DNA from: Oscillospiraceae bacterium
Lineage (GTDB): Bacteria; Bacillota; Clostridia; Oscillospirales; CAG-382
Direction of reading: 5' to 3'
Assembly: GCA_015064485.1 (NCBI GenBank)
Contig: SVSD01000003.1
Coordinates: 83,927 to 147,926, forward strand
DNA length: 64,000 bases
Below, in pieces: positions 26,429 to 36,702 of the stretch (positions within the stretch are counted from its first letter, which is position 1; the number at the start of each line of letters is the position of its first letter). The notes beneath the pieces were generated by a model. It was not told the DNA's origin. It did no database searches and saw only the letters and a program-made list of their open reading frames with translations. A program made the translations under genes and the position numbers.

Positions 26429-28237
26429 ATGTCCAAAGATATTTCCAAAATCCGCAATTTCTGTATAATTGCACATATCGACCATGGCAAATCAACGCTT
26501 GCCGACAGAATACTTGAACTTACAGATACTGTTGAAAAAAGAGAAATGGAAGAACAGCTTCTTGACAATATGGATCTTGAGAGAGAAAGGGGCATTACGA
26601 TTAAAGCCCGCGCCGTAAAGCTCAACTATACTTATGAAGGCGAAGAATATGTTCTCAATCTTATAGATACTCCCGGTCATGTCGACTTTAACTACGAAGT
26701 ATCCCGATCGCTTAAGGCTTGCGAAGGAGCGCTCCTTGTTATTGATGCTACCCAAGGAATAGAAGCTCAGACTATGGCAAACGCATACCTTGCATTTGAC
26801 AACGACCTTGAGATCGTTCCCGTTATAAATAAGATTGACCTTCCTTCTGCACAGCCGGAAAAAGTCAAGAACGAAGTTGAAGATATAATCGGAATCCCTG
26901 CGGATGAAGCGCCTTGTGTTTCCGCGAAGGCGGGACTTAATATCGACAAGGTTCTTGAACAGGTTATAAAGACAATTCCCGCTCCAAAAGGAAACAGCGA
27001 AAAGCCGCTCAAGGCTCTTATATTTGACTCATATTACGATTCCTACAGAGGCGTGGTTGTTTATATCCGTGTTTATGACGGTAAGGTCAAAGCCGGCGAC
27101 ACAATAAGAATGATGTCAAACGGTGTTACTTATGAAGTAAACGAAGTAGGGTATCTTCGTCCTTTCGGACTTTCAAAGTCGGATGATCTTTGTGCCGGAG
27201 AGGTTGGATATATTACCGCCGCGATCAAAACAGTATCAGATACCCGCGTCGGCGATACTGTAACATTAAACGATAACCCTTGTGATGAAGCGCTTGCCGG
27301 TTTTAAACAGGCACTCCCTGTTGTATTCAGCGGTATATATCCTGCTGACGGTGCAAGATACGGCGATCTGCGAGATGCGCTTGAGAAGCTTTGCTTGAAC
27401 GACGCCTCCCTTACATTTGAGCCCGAAACATCCATTGCCCTCGGATTTGGTTTCCGCTGCGGATTCCTCGGACTTTTGCATATGGAAGTCATCGAAGAAA
27501 GACTTGAAAGAGAATTCAATCTCGACCTTATTACAACAGCACCAAGTGTTATATATAAAATTACAAATAAAGACGGCAGCGAATACTATATCGACAATCC
27601 CGCCAATTTCCCGTCAGCTGATGAATGTGAATATGTAAGCGAGCCGATTGTAAAGGCGACGATCATTACTCCGACGGAATATGTCGGCGGAATTATGGAG
27701 CTTTGTCAGGATAGACGAGGAGTATTCAAGGATATGAAGTATCTTGATACCACCCGCGCGGAACTTCATTATTTCCTCCCGCTCAACGAAATCGTTTATG
27801 ACTTTTTTGATGCACTCAAATCACGAAGCAAAGGTTATGCTTCTCTTGATTACGAGCTTCACGGATACGAAAAATCTTCTCTTGTAAAGCTTGATATTCT
27901 TTTAAACGGCGATGCTGTTGACGCTCTTTCGTTTATCGTTCATACAGAAAAAGCATACGGCAGAGCAAGAAAAATAGCAGAAAAGTTAAAGGACAATATT
28001 CCCCGTCAGCTTTTTGAAATACCGATACAGGCTGCAATCGGCGGTAAGGTTATAGCAAGAGAAACCGTCCGTGCACTTAGAAAAGATGTACTTGCAAAAT
28101 GCTACGGCGGCGATATTACCCGTAAGAAGAAGCTTCTTGAAAAGCAGAAGGAAGGTAAAAAGCGTATGCGCTCCTTCGGAAGTGTTGAAGTGCCTCAGGA
28201 AGCATTTATGGCTGTACTCAAATTCGACGAAGATTGA
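26429..28237 (+). CDS. lepA: Elongation factor 4 (LepA)
   Basis: 602 aa with [28 protein letters not shown] and the LepA-specific C-terminal domain. Confidence 0.96.
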   Translation: MSKDISKIRNFCIIAHIDHGKSTLADRILELTDTVEKREMEEQLLDNMDLERERGITIKARAVKLNYTYEGEEYVLNLIDTPGHVDFNYEVSRSLKACEGALLVIDATQGIEAQTMANAYLAFDNDLEIVPVINKIDLPSAQPEKVKNEVEDIIGIPADEAPCVSAKAGLNIDKVLEQVIKTIPAPKGNSEKPLKALIFDSYYDSYRGVVVYIRVYDGKVKAGDTIRMMSNGVTYEVNEVGYLRPFGLSKSDDLCAGEVGYITAAIKTVSDTRVGDTVTLNDNPCDEALAGFKQALPVVFSGIYPADGARYGDLRDALEKLCLNDASLTFEPETSIALGFGFRCGFLGLLHMEVIEERLEREFNLDLITTAPSVIYKITNKDGSEYYIDNPANFPSADECEYVSEPIVKATIITPTEYVGGIMELCQDRRGVFKDMKYLDTTRAELHYFLPLNEIVYDFFDALKSRSKGYASLDYELHGYEKSSLVKLDILLNGDAVDALSFIVHTEKAYGRARKIAEKLKDNIPRQLFEIPIQAAIGGKVIARETVRALRKDVLAKCYGGDITRKKKLLEKQKEGKKRMRSFGSVEVPQEAFMAVLKFDED

Positions 28238-28266
28238 TCAAGAAAAACAGGAAAGTTTGGTTTATT

Positions 28267-29430
28267 ATGAAAAAATTGGGATTATATATCCATATCCCGT
28301 ATTGCCTGAAAAAGTGCAATTACTGTGATTTTTATTCCGACGCGACGGCGTCCGGCGTTCCGCAGGAATATCTTGAGGCACTGTCAAGGCAGATAGACGA
28401 ATACGGACTTCAGACCGCAGAGTATGAAGTTGACAGTATTTTCATCGGCGGAGGAACTCCTTCGCTTATGGATGAAAAGCAGATAAATGCTCTTTTTAAA
28501 CAGCTTTACCGTTCTTTCAAAGTGAAAACGAAAGCTGAAGTTACAATAGAAGCAAATCCGGGAACGGTTGACAGAAAAAAACTCAAAGCCTTTAAAAAGG
28601 CAGGTATTAACAGGCTCAGCCTCGGGGCGCAAAGCTTCTGTTCGCAGGATCTTGCAATATGCGGCAGAGTACATGATGTAAACGATAATATCAGAGCTGT
28701 AAACGACGCCAGAGCAGAAGGCTTTGACAATATAAACCTTGATATCATGTACGGTCTTCCTGATCAGACTATGGCGGAAGTTGTAACAAGCCTTGGAACT
28801 GCTTTTAAGCTTGGGGTAGAACATATTTCGTTTTACGGATTGAAGCTTGAAGAGGGAACTCCTTTTTACAATATGCAAAACGAGTTGTCTTTCCCGAATG
28901 AAGATTCGGAAAGCGAGATGTATTTCGTATCCCGCGAGCTTATGGCTCAAAACGGCTATTATCAGTATGAAATATCCAATTTCGCAAAAAAGGATAAATA
29001 CTGCAGACACAATATCAAATATTGGAACAGCGAAGAATATCTCGGAATCGGACCTTCCGCACATTCGTATTTTGCGGGAAAAAGGTTTTCTTTCAAAAAG
29101 GATACCGGACTTTTTATTGATTGTTTTTCTGACAAACCCTGTTCCGAAACGATCATCGACGAGATGATAGACATACCCCGTTCGGCGAGAGTTGCGGAAT
29201 ATGTTATGTTAAGATTCCGCCTTTGCGACGGCATCGACTGTGAAGCTTTCTATAAACTTTTCGGCAGGGATTTCGATAATCTCTATTACAACAAACTCCG
29301 TCCGTATATAAATTCAGGACATATAATGCGTACCCCGAAAGGCTATGCCTTTACTCCGCAGGGTATGTATGTTTCAAATTACATTCTTTCACGCATAATT
29401 GATTTTGACATGAATATCCCCGGTATATAA
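28267..29430 (+). CDS. hemW: Radical SAM heme chaperone HemW (HemN-like)
   Basis: MKKLGLYIHIPYCLKKCNYCDFY (CxxxCxxC), GGGTPS and a HemN C-terminal domain. The lepA-hemN-like adjacency is conserved in Firmicutes. Confidence 0.85.
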   Translation: MKKLGLYIHIPYCLKKCNYCDFYSDATASGVPQEYLEALSRQIDEYGLQTAEYEVDSIFIGGGTPSLMDEKQINALFKQLYRSFKVKTKAEVTIEANPGTVDRKKLKAFKKAGINRLSLGAQSFCSQDLAICGRVHDVNDNIRAVNDARAEGFDNINLDIMYGLPDQTMAEVVTSLGTAFKLGVEHISFYGLKLEEGTPFYNMQNELSFPNEDSESEMYFVSRELMAQNGYYQYEISNFAKKDKYCRHNIKYWNSEEYLGIGPSAHSYFAGKRFSFKKDTGLFIDCFSDKPCSETIIDEMIDIPRSARVAEYVMLRFRLCDGIDCEAFYKLFGRDFDNLYYNKLRPYINSGHIMRTPKGYAFTPQGMYVSNYILSRIIDFDMNIPGI

Positions 29431-29454
29431 CCGGACAATGTGAGGTACAACAGT

Positions 29455-30297
29455 ATGACCGAAAAAAAGCCTAAAGCATATCCTGCGGCAAGTTTACCCT
29501 TATCTATCGCCGCAGTATCTTCATATCTTGATACCACGGTCCTCGGTTCTACGATGGCGGTGGTAAATACTATTGATTCCACAAATAAATATATCAAAAA
29601 GAACATTTCTGTCCTTGATGACGGCTTTACCATCGTTGCGGAAAAGCAGTTTTCGGGCAGAGGCCGCTTGGGAAGAACCTTTGAATCTCCGGAAGGCGGA
29701 CTTTATATGAGTATCCTTCTTATCGGGCGGGAGCTTATCGAAAATGTTGATTCTGTGACGGTTCGCGCGGCGGTTGCCGTTAAAAATGCAATAAAAGAGC
29801 TGACAGGTCTTGAAAATGTGGGAATTAAATGGGTAAACGATATATATTGTGAAGATAAAAAGATATGCGGAATTCTTGCTGAAAGAATCGTAAGAAAAGG
29901 CTATTGTGATTTCAGTGTGCTTGGTATCGGGGTGAATGTTACGACGCCTAAAAAGGCTTTTGAAGGTGAACTTTCGGAAATTGCAGGTTCAATATCGGAT
30001 TTCACAAAAGTGGATTTTTCGAGAAACGAACTGTGTGCTGCAATTCTCAATCACCTTGAAAAAACACTTTTTGTAACAGACAAAGATGAAAGTACAAGAA
30101 TACTTGACGATTACAGAGACAGTTCGGTTATCATCGGGCGTGATGTATATATTTCAAACGGCGAAAAAACGGTACGGGCAAAGGTTCTCGGAATAGATGA
30201 CCTTGCATCATTATATGTACAGTACGAGGACGGGCTAACCGAAATACTGAGAACCGGTGAGGTCAGCACAAAACTGATAAAGGGGGAAGATAAATGA
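29455..30297 (+). CDS. birA: Biotin--[acetyl-CoA-carboxylase] ligase (no N-terminal HTH)
   Basis: Contains AEKQFSGRGRLGRTFESPEGGLYMS and GIKWVNDIY. Start set at MTEKK (GAGG 9 nt upstream). Confidence 0.85.
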   Translation: MTEKKPKAYPAASLPLSIAAVSSYLDTTVLGSTMAVVNTIDSTNKYIKKNISVLDDGFTIVAEKQFSGRGRLGRTFESPEGGLYMSILLIGRELIENVDSVTVRAAVAVKNAIKELTGLENVGIKWVNDIYCEDKKICGILAERIVRKGYCDFSVLGIGVNVTTPKKAFEGELSEIAGSISDFTKVDFSRNELCAAILNHLEKTLFVTDKDESTRILDDYRDSSVIIGRDVYISNGEKTVRAKVLGIDDLASLYVQYEDGLTEILRTGEVSTKLIKGEDK

Positions 30298-31154
30298 ACG
30301 CTTTAAAAGAAGGATTTTTGGATCTTGCGGCAAGAATAACATCTATCGGATTCTTTGATGTTCTTGACATTATTATAGTTTCGGTGATTTTTTACTATAC
30401 ATACCGCTTTGTAAGAGACAGACGCGCAGGCAAACTTGCGCTCGGTATACTTCTTGTCTTCCTCGCTCTTTTTGCAAGTAATATATTGGGTATGCAGGCT
30501 CTCAGTTATCTTATCGAAAATATAGTTCAGGTAGGTATGATCGGTGTAATTATTCTTTTTCAGTCAGAATTGCGCACCTTCCTTGAAAAAATGGGCGGTC
30601 AGTCTATACTTCCGATAAACAAAAAGAAGGATAAGAAGTATTTCTCCCAAACAATCAAATGTATAGATGCGGTGGTTGAGGCGGTTTCTGATTTTTCTGC
30701 GGAAAAAACAGGAGCACTTATAATATTTGAACGCTCAACAAAGCTTGGTGATGTTATCAAAACAGGAACTGTAATTGATGCAGAGGCCGGAGCTTATATG
30801 ATAAAGAATATATTTTTCAACAAAGCCCCCATGCATGACGGCGCACTCATTATCCGCAACAACCGTCTTTATTCTGCGGGATGCTTTCTCCCTCTTTCGG
30901 TAAATCCCGAAATAGTCAAGGATCTGGGAACAAGACACCGCGCCGGTATCGGAATGAGCGAAAACTCAGATGCGGTGGTTGTTATCGTTTCCGAGGAAAC
31001 AGGCACAATTTCAATTGCGGTTGACGGACGCATAACAAGAGATTATGACAGTATAACCCTCAAAAGAGAGCTTGTAAAGCTTTTGTTTGCGGACAGTATT
31101 CGTCAGAACAATAATTCCGCAGACAAGAAGGGAGCGGCAAATGAAACTCTTTGA
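30294..31154 (+). CDS. cdaA: Diadenylate cyclase CdaA
   Basis: Three N-terminal TM helices plus a DAC domain (MHDGALII, TRHRAGIGMSE, VVIVSEETGTISIA). An ATGA start/stop overlap with birA is present. Confidence 0.93.
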   Translation: MNALKEGFLDLAARITSIGFFDVLDIIIVSVIFYYTYRFVRDRRAGKLALGILLVFLALFASNILGMQALSYLIENIVQVGMIGVIILFQSELRTFLEKMGGQSILPINKKKDKKYFSQTIKCIDAVVEAVSDFSAEKTGALIIFERSTKLGDVIKTGTVIDAEAGAYMIKNIFFNKAPMHDGALIIRNNRLYSAGCFLPLSVNPEIVKDLGTRHRAGIGMSENSDAVVVIVSEETGTISIAVDGRITRDYDSITLKRELVKLLFADSIRQNNNSADKKGAANETL

Positions 31155-32439
31155 TATTATAAAAAACTTAAAAGGCGAAAGCGGAGAGGAAAGCTTCGAT
31201 CTTAAGCGCTCTTTAAAAAAGGCTCTTACAACAAATGTTACCGCAAAGCTCCTTTGCATTTTTGCCGCGCTCTGCTTGTGGTTTTATGTTATGGGAACAG
31301 AGGGGACTACTTTTGAAAGAACATTTAAAGGGGTTGAAGTGTCATTTTCGAAAAATGTAAACGGACTTCAGATCCTTTCAAGCGACAGAGTAACGGTTGA
31401 TGTGGTTCTTTCCGGAAAAAGAAGCGTTTTGAACAGAATGGATGCATCGGATATTAACGCAAGTGTTGATATTTCAAATATTTCAAAAACAGGTACAGAC
31501 ACTTTTGCAATTAAAGTAAGTACATCAAACGACACTTCTGTTGAATCTTTCTCGCCGAGGAGTGTTGAGCTTCATCTTGACGAACCTTTCTCAAGAACCG
31601 TAAGTGTTGAAACCGATTACAGAGGCGGAACAAGCGACAGCGAACTTCTGACAATCGGTAAAATCACACCCTCAAAAAGAAATGTTGTAATTTCGGGTCC
31701 CAAGGATTCGGTTTCAAAGGTGGCATATGCAAAGGCTATGGTAGAGCTTAATTTTATAAGCCACTCCGTATATATTGAAAATGTTCCGCTTGATCTTTAT
31801 GATGAAGACGGAAACAGGATAGACAATCATTTTATAGAAATTGCAAACGGAGAAGATACTGTGGATGTGGATGTGGATGTTCATATGAGAAAAGAGCTTC
31901 CCGTAGTTCCCGTTTTTCTTCACGGTATTTATAGCGATGAAAATATTTCTATGAAATTAGTTCCCGAAAAGGTGATTGTGAAAGGCGAAATATCCGCAGT
32001 TAAGGATCTTACGCAAATCGAAACAGACCTGATAGACGAAAAAGAGCTTGACGGCAAATCAAATAAATTTAAAATCGGTCTTTCAAAGCCTGCAAATGTT
32101 CTTTTTGTGGGTGCCGATGAAGAATGTAGCGTTGACGCATATATTAAAGACTTCGAACAGAAAACTTTGTATATTCCTATCGGCCCGGAAATCATTAAAA
32201 ATACTCCGGAAGGAAAAACTGCACAAATACACGAAGACGGAATAGTTGTTACAATTTGCGGTATAAGTCCGCTTGTTTCAAAAGTAGCCCCCGCGGACTT
32301 TTCGCTTGAGATTCACGGCGAAGTTTTAAACAACGGAATAAATTCGGATATCCCTGTTTATATTGATTTTATAAACGAAGATACAGCGGATTTGTATATA
32401 AGTGAACATAGTTATACAGTAGATATCGAACTTAAATAA
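31141..32439 (+). CDS. cdaR: CdaA regulatory protein CdaR (YbbR-domain repeats)
   Basis: Start MKLFDIIKNL (GGGAG RBS), overlapping the cdaA 3' end. One TM helix followed by repeated YbbR-like domains. Confidence 0.8.
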   Translation: MKLFDIIKNLKGESGEESFDLKRSLKKALTTNVTAKLLCIFAALCLWFYVMGTEGTTFERTFKGVEVSFSKNVNGLQILSSDRVTVDVVLSGKRSVLNRMDASDINASVDISNISKTGTDTFAIKVSTSNDTSVESFSPRSVELHLDEPFSRTVSVETDYRGGTSDSELLTIGKITPSKRNVVISGPKDSVSKVAYAKAMVELNFISHSVYIENVPLDLYDEDGNRIDNHFIEIANGEDTVDVDVDVHMRKELPVVPVFLHGIYSDENISMKLVPEKVIVKGEISAVKDLTQIETDLIDEKELDGKSNKFKIGLSKPANVLFVGADEECSVDAYIKDFEQKTLYIPIGPEIIKNTPEGKTAQIHEDGIVVTICGISPLVSKVAPADFSLEIHGEVLNNGINSDIPVYIDFINEDTADLYISEHSYTVDIELK

Positions 32440-32454
32440 CAGGAACTTCAGAAA

Positions 32455-34104
32455 ATGAAAAGAAAACTCGAAAGCATCGTTATAAGAGGTATAAAAGTGG
32501 CGCTTCGCCGAGACTCATACAATTACGATGCGGCGGCTCTTGATGCGGCAAAAAAACATCTTCGCACTGCAAATTTTAAATTTCCCGTGAAGCAAAACAG
32601 TTTTGCCGTGTTTAAAAAATCTGTTGATGCACGCAAAAAAGATGCGATATGCTTTGTCTATTCCGTAATATTTTCTGTTGACGGCGAAATTTGTTTGTCA
32701 GAAGAACAGTATGCTGATTTTACGGCATTTTGCAATAAACATTCGCTTTCTGTCATTGACGGAGAAGAAATGCTGTTTTCTGACTGCTCGGCAAAACAAA
32801 ACAAAAGACCTGTTGTCGCAGGTTTCGGCCCATGCGGAATGTTTATAGCTCTTGTTCTTGCAAAAAGCGGACTTTGCCCTATTGTTATAGAAAGGGGAAG
32901 CGACGCCGATACAAGAACTGCAAAGGTGTCAAAATATTGGCAAGAGGGAATTCTTGACACCGAATGTAATGTACAGTTTGGCGAAGGGGGAGCCGGAACT
33001 TTTTCGGACGGCAAACTTATGACAAGAATAAACGATAAGCTTTGCTCGTTTGTCCTTAAGACTTTTTATGAGAACGGAGCGGATGCGGATATTCTTTTCA
33101 ACGCAAAGCCACATGTCGGAACAGATAAACTAAGAAATATAGTAAAGAATATAAGAAAAACGATTGAAAGCTGCGGCGGTACGGTTGTTTTTGATACAAA
33201 GCTTTGCGGAATTACAAAAAATGCCGGCGGAAGTATTCGTTCGGTTATTACCGATAAAGGCGAGATCGAAACAGATACCCTTTTCCTTGCCATAGGTCAC
33301 AGTGCAAGGGATACATTTTTTATGCTTATGGAAAACGATATAAAGCTTTTGGCAAAGCCTTTTTCTGTCGGCGTAAGAGTAGAACATCTTCAAAATGATA
33401 TCAACCGTTCGCTCTACGGTAAAGAGTATGAAAATCCGGCGCTTCCTGTAGGAGAATATGCTGTTTCAAGAAGAGTAGGGCAAAGGGCGGTATATTCCTT
33501 CTGTATGTGCCCGGGCGGTACTGTTGTTGCCTCGGCAAGTGAAAACGAAACTATCGTAACAAACGGAATGAGCTATTCTTCAAGAAGCGGAATAAATGCA
33601 AATTCTGCGATTGCGGTTTCGGTCAACGAATCGGATTTCGGCGGAAATGTTATTTCGGCAATAGAGTATCAGCAAAATATTGAAAAGAAAGCCTTTGCTC
33701 TTGCCGGCTCGCAAGGTGCGGCACCCGTTGAAAACCTGGGACATTTTCTCGGTATTTCAAAACTTGAAATTACAAAAGTTTCGCCCACATATACGGGCAA
33801 GACAAAACTTTGCAGCATAGGGGAGCTTTTTCCCGATGAAATAACAAAAACCCTTAAAGAAGGATTTGTATCTTTTGAAAGATATATTGAAGGCTTTTCT
33901 TCATCATCAGCGGTGCTTACAGCACCCGAAACGAGAACTTCATCTCCTGTTAGAATTCCGAGAGGTGAGGATGCTCTTTCGTTATCCTGCGCAGGGATAT
34001 ATCCTTGCGGAGAAGGTGCGGGGTATGCCGGCGGTATTACAAGTGCCGCTGTTGACGGCGTTAAATGTGCGCTTATGTATATTGAAAAAATTAAAACGAA
34101 ATGA
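32455..34104 (+). CDS. Uncharacterised FAD-dependent dehydrogenase (COG2509-type)
   Basis: 549 aa with the dinucleotide-binding motif VVAGFGPCGMFIALVLAKSG and C-terminal YPCGEGAGYAGGI. Confidence 0.7.
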   Translation: MKRKLESIVIRGIKVALRRDSYNYDAAALDAAKKHLRTANFKFPVKQNSFAVFKKSVDARKKDAICFVYSVIFSVDGEICLSEEQYADFTAFCNKHSLSVIDGEEMLFSDCSAKQNKRPVVAGFGPCGMFIALVLAKSGLCPIVIERGSDADTRTAKVSKYWQEGILDTECNVQFGEGGAGTFSDGKLMTRINDKLCSFVLKTFYENGADADILFNAKPHVGTDKLRNIVKNIRKTIESCGGTVVFDTKLCGITKNAGGSIRSVITDKGEIETDTLFLAIGHSARDTFFMLMENDIKLLAKPFSVGVRVEHLQNDINRSLYGKEYENPALPVGEYAVSRRVGQRAVYSFCMCPGGTVVASASENETIVTNGMSYSSRSGINANSAIAVSVNESDFGGNVISAIEYQQNIEKKAFALAGSQGAAPVENLGHFLGISKLEITKVSPTYTGKTKLCSIGELFPDEITKTLKEGFVSFERYIEGFSSSSAVLTAPETRTSSPVRIPRGEDALSLSCAGIYPCGEGAGYAGGITSAAVDGVKCALMYIEKIKTK

Positions 34105-34111
34105 GATAAAT

Positions 34112-34543
34112 ATGACACAAAATGCAAAGGTTATATCGGTCTGCGGAGATGAGGCGACGGTTTCGGTTATAAGAAGATCCGCATGCGAGGGATGCAAACA
34201 GAAAAATCTGTGTGCGGGTATGAATGATGGCTGTGCAGAGCAAAAAGAACTGATTACTACGGTTAAAAATCCTGTAGGTGCAGGTGTGGGGGACGAGGTT
34301 GTCCTTTCAACGCCGACATCCCTTGTGCTTACAAATGCGTTTTGCGTATTTGTCCTTCCGATAATTATTGCTTTTTTATCATATTTTCTCTTAGGACTTT
34401 TTGCACTTGAAACGGGAATTATTTATCTTCTTACCATTTGTATGTTTTTTGTTTCGTGCGGAGTTATTTGTTTTATACTTGACCGCATAATGAAAAAAGA
34501 CAAAAAAGTTGAAATTGTAAAAATACTGAAAGAGGAAAACTAA
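34112..34543 (+). CDS. RseC/SoxR-reducing-system family small membrane protein
   Basis: 143 aa from MTQNAKVISVCGDEATVSVIRRSACEGCKQKNLCAG, with a Cys-rich N-terminus and two C-terminal TM helices. The track ORF (33866) is an upstream over-extension into the previous gene. Confidence 0.6.
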   Translation: MTQNAKVISVCGDEATVSVIRRSACEGCKQKNLCAGMNDGCAEQKELITTVKNPVGAGVGDEVVLSTPTSLVLTNAFCVFVLPIIIAFLSYFLLGLFALETGIIYLLTICMFFVSCGVICFILDRIMKKDKKVEIVKILKEEN

Positions 34544-34551
34544 TCTTTTTT

Positions 34552-36654
34552 ATGAATATAAAGTTGAAAAACGAAAAAGAATGGTCGATTAAAGAGTACG
34601 ACGAAAAAGCTGTTGCTCTTTTAACCGAAGAACTCGGAATAGACCCTTTTCTTGCACGCTTGCTTGCGGTTCGAGGCTTTGACGATCCATTAAAGGCGGA
34701 GGATTTTCTTTCTGCCGATGAATATCTTTTCCATAATCCTTTTCTTTTAAACGATATGGAAAAGGCGGTTGACAGGATAAATAAAGCGCTTGAACAGGGA
34801 GAAAGAATTCTCATATACGGCGATTATGATGTTGACGGAATATCTTCTGTTTCTGCTCTTTATCTTTATCTGGCATCGAGGGGCGGTAAGGCTTGTTACT
34901 ATATTCCCGAAAGACTTTCAGAGGGATACGGCTTAAATGAATCGGCTATAGACAAATTTGCAAAAGCGGGAATAAGCCTTATAATAACTGTTGATACAGG
35001 CATAACTGCCGTAAAAGAAGCGGAATATATCAAAGAAAAAGGTATGGATATAATCATAACCGACCATCACGAATGTCCCGAAATTCTCCCCGAAAAAGCT
35101 TGTGCAATAATTAATCCCAAAAGAGGGGACAGTACATATCCTTTCTCCGAACTTGCGGGAGTCGGAGTGGTATTCAAACTCATTTGTGCACTTGCAGGAA
35201 GTGAGAATATCATAGATATTTGCAATAATTATCTTGATATCGTATGTCTTGGCACAATTTCTGATGTTATGCCACTTTACGGAGAAAACAGAAGAATTGT
35301 TACAAAAGGCCTTTCGGTTATAAACGAAAATCCTAAAAAGCATATAGGTATTTCAGCTTTGCTGGATGCGGCAGTTCCCGAAAGTGTTCCCGGGACAAGA
35401 AAAGTAAGTGCATCAACCGTCGGTTTTGCAATCGCCCCCCGTCTAAACGCAGCAGGAAGAATAGGCGATGTGAAAAGAGCGGCAGAGCTTCTTATAACAA
35501 ACGACGAAAACAGCGCAACACTTATTGCTGAAGAACTTTGTGCTCTTAACCGTGAAAGACAGTCGATCGAAAACAAGATACTTACAGAAGCTATCGAAAA
35601 AATATCGACAGAAATCGACCTAGAAAACGACAAGGTTATAGTTCTTGCCGATGAAAACTGGCATCAGGGCGTTATAGGTATTGTTGCATCGAGAATTACC
35701 GAAAAATACGGACTTCCCTCTGTACTTATAACATTTTCGGGCGATATCGGAAAAGGTTCTGCAAGAAGCATCCCCGGCTTTAATATAAACGAGGCTATAG
35801 GCTCTTGTTCTGATTATATTATCAAAAGCGGCGGACATGAGCTTGCCGCAGGTCTTTCGCTTGAAAAGAAGGATTTTGACAGCTTTAAAAAGGCAGTAAA
35901 CGAATATGCGTCGGGGATTATTACCGACGAGATGCGTGTTATGCACCTTTTGGCTGACTGTGAACTTTCTGAAAATGAAATAGATATATCCCATGCTCAG
36001 ATGCTTTATAGCCTTGAGCCTTACGGAAGCGGAAATCCTTCGCCTGTATTCATTTTGAGAGAAGCTTTGGTTGATACTATAACTCCCATCGGAATGAATA
36101 AGCATTTAAAGCTTACTCTTAAAAAGAACAATAAGCTTTTTACCGCTTTATATTTCAATAAAACTCCCGAAGAATTTAAATTTATGGCGGGACAGACCGC
36201 TGATGTTGCCTTTAACCTTGAAATAAACGAATATCGCGGTCAGCGAAATGTTCAGCTTAATGTAAGGGATATGAAGATGTCTGGCGAAACTGCTGCATAT
36301 ATTAACCGTCAGGCTAAGGATTATTTAAGAGCAATCGCTTCTTTTGTTATCGCAAAGGAAAATCTTCCGGATATGCAGGCATTAAGATCTGCGTTTATAT
36401 ATCTTCGCTCCGCACTCAAAACGACCGATGAGATTGATATTTTAAAAACGGCCCATAACATATCCTGCGATTTTTCTATAAACATTACCCCGTGTATGCT
36501 GAATATCATTCTTGATGTATTTACGGAAATGGGACTTGCTGATGTGAAAAGAGATACTTTAAATGATGTTTCCGTAACGCTTACAAGCGTTTCGGGAAAG
36601 GTCAATATCGAAAGCTCAAAGCTTCTCACAAAACTGAGAAGTTCTGCAATATAA
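34552..36654 (+). CDS. recJ: Single-stranded-DNA-specific exonuclease RecJ
   Basis: 700 aa with DHH motifs GDYDVDGISS, ITVDTG and IITDHH, plus DHHA1 GGHELAAG. Confidence 0.93.
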   Translation: MNIKLKNEKEWSIKEYDEKAVALLTEELGIDPFLARLLAVRGFDDPLKAEDFLSADEYLFHNPFLLNDMEKAVDRINKALEQGERILIYGDYDVDGISSVSALYLYLASRGGKACYYIPERLSEGYGLNESAIDKFAKAGISLIITVDTGITAVKEAEYIKEKGMDIIITDHHECPEILPEKACAIINPKRGDSTYPFSELAGVGVVFKLICALAGSENIIDICNNYLDIVCLGTISDVMPLYGENRRIVTKGLSVINENPKKHIGISALLDAAVPESVPGTRKVSASTVGFAIAPRLNAAGRIGDVKRAAELLITNDENSATLIAEELCALNRERQSIENKILTEAIEKISTEIDLENDKVIVLADENWHQGVIGIVASRITEKYGLPSVLITFSGDIGKGSARSIPGFNINEAIGSCSDYIIKSGGHELAAGLSLEKKDFDSFKKAVNEYASGIITDEMRVMHLLADCELSENEIDISHAQMLYSLEPYGSGNPSPVFILREALVDTITPIGMNKHLKLTLKKNNKLFTALYFNKTPEEFKFMAGQTADVAFNLEINEYRGQRNVQLNVRDMKMSGETAAYINRQAKDYLRAIASFVIAKENLPDMQALRSAFIYLRSALKTTDEIDILKTAHNISCDFSINITPCMLNIILDVFTEMGLADVKRDTLNDVSVTLTSVSGKVNIESSKLLTKLRSSAI

Positions 36655-36702
36655 TAAAGCTGTAGTATAACAAAATCGAAAACATATTATCGGAGAATTT
36701 AT

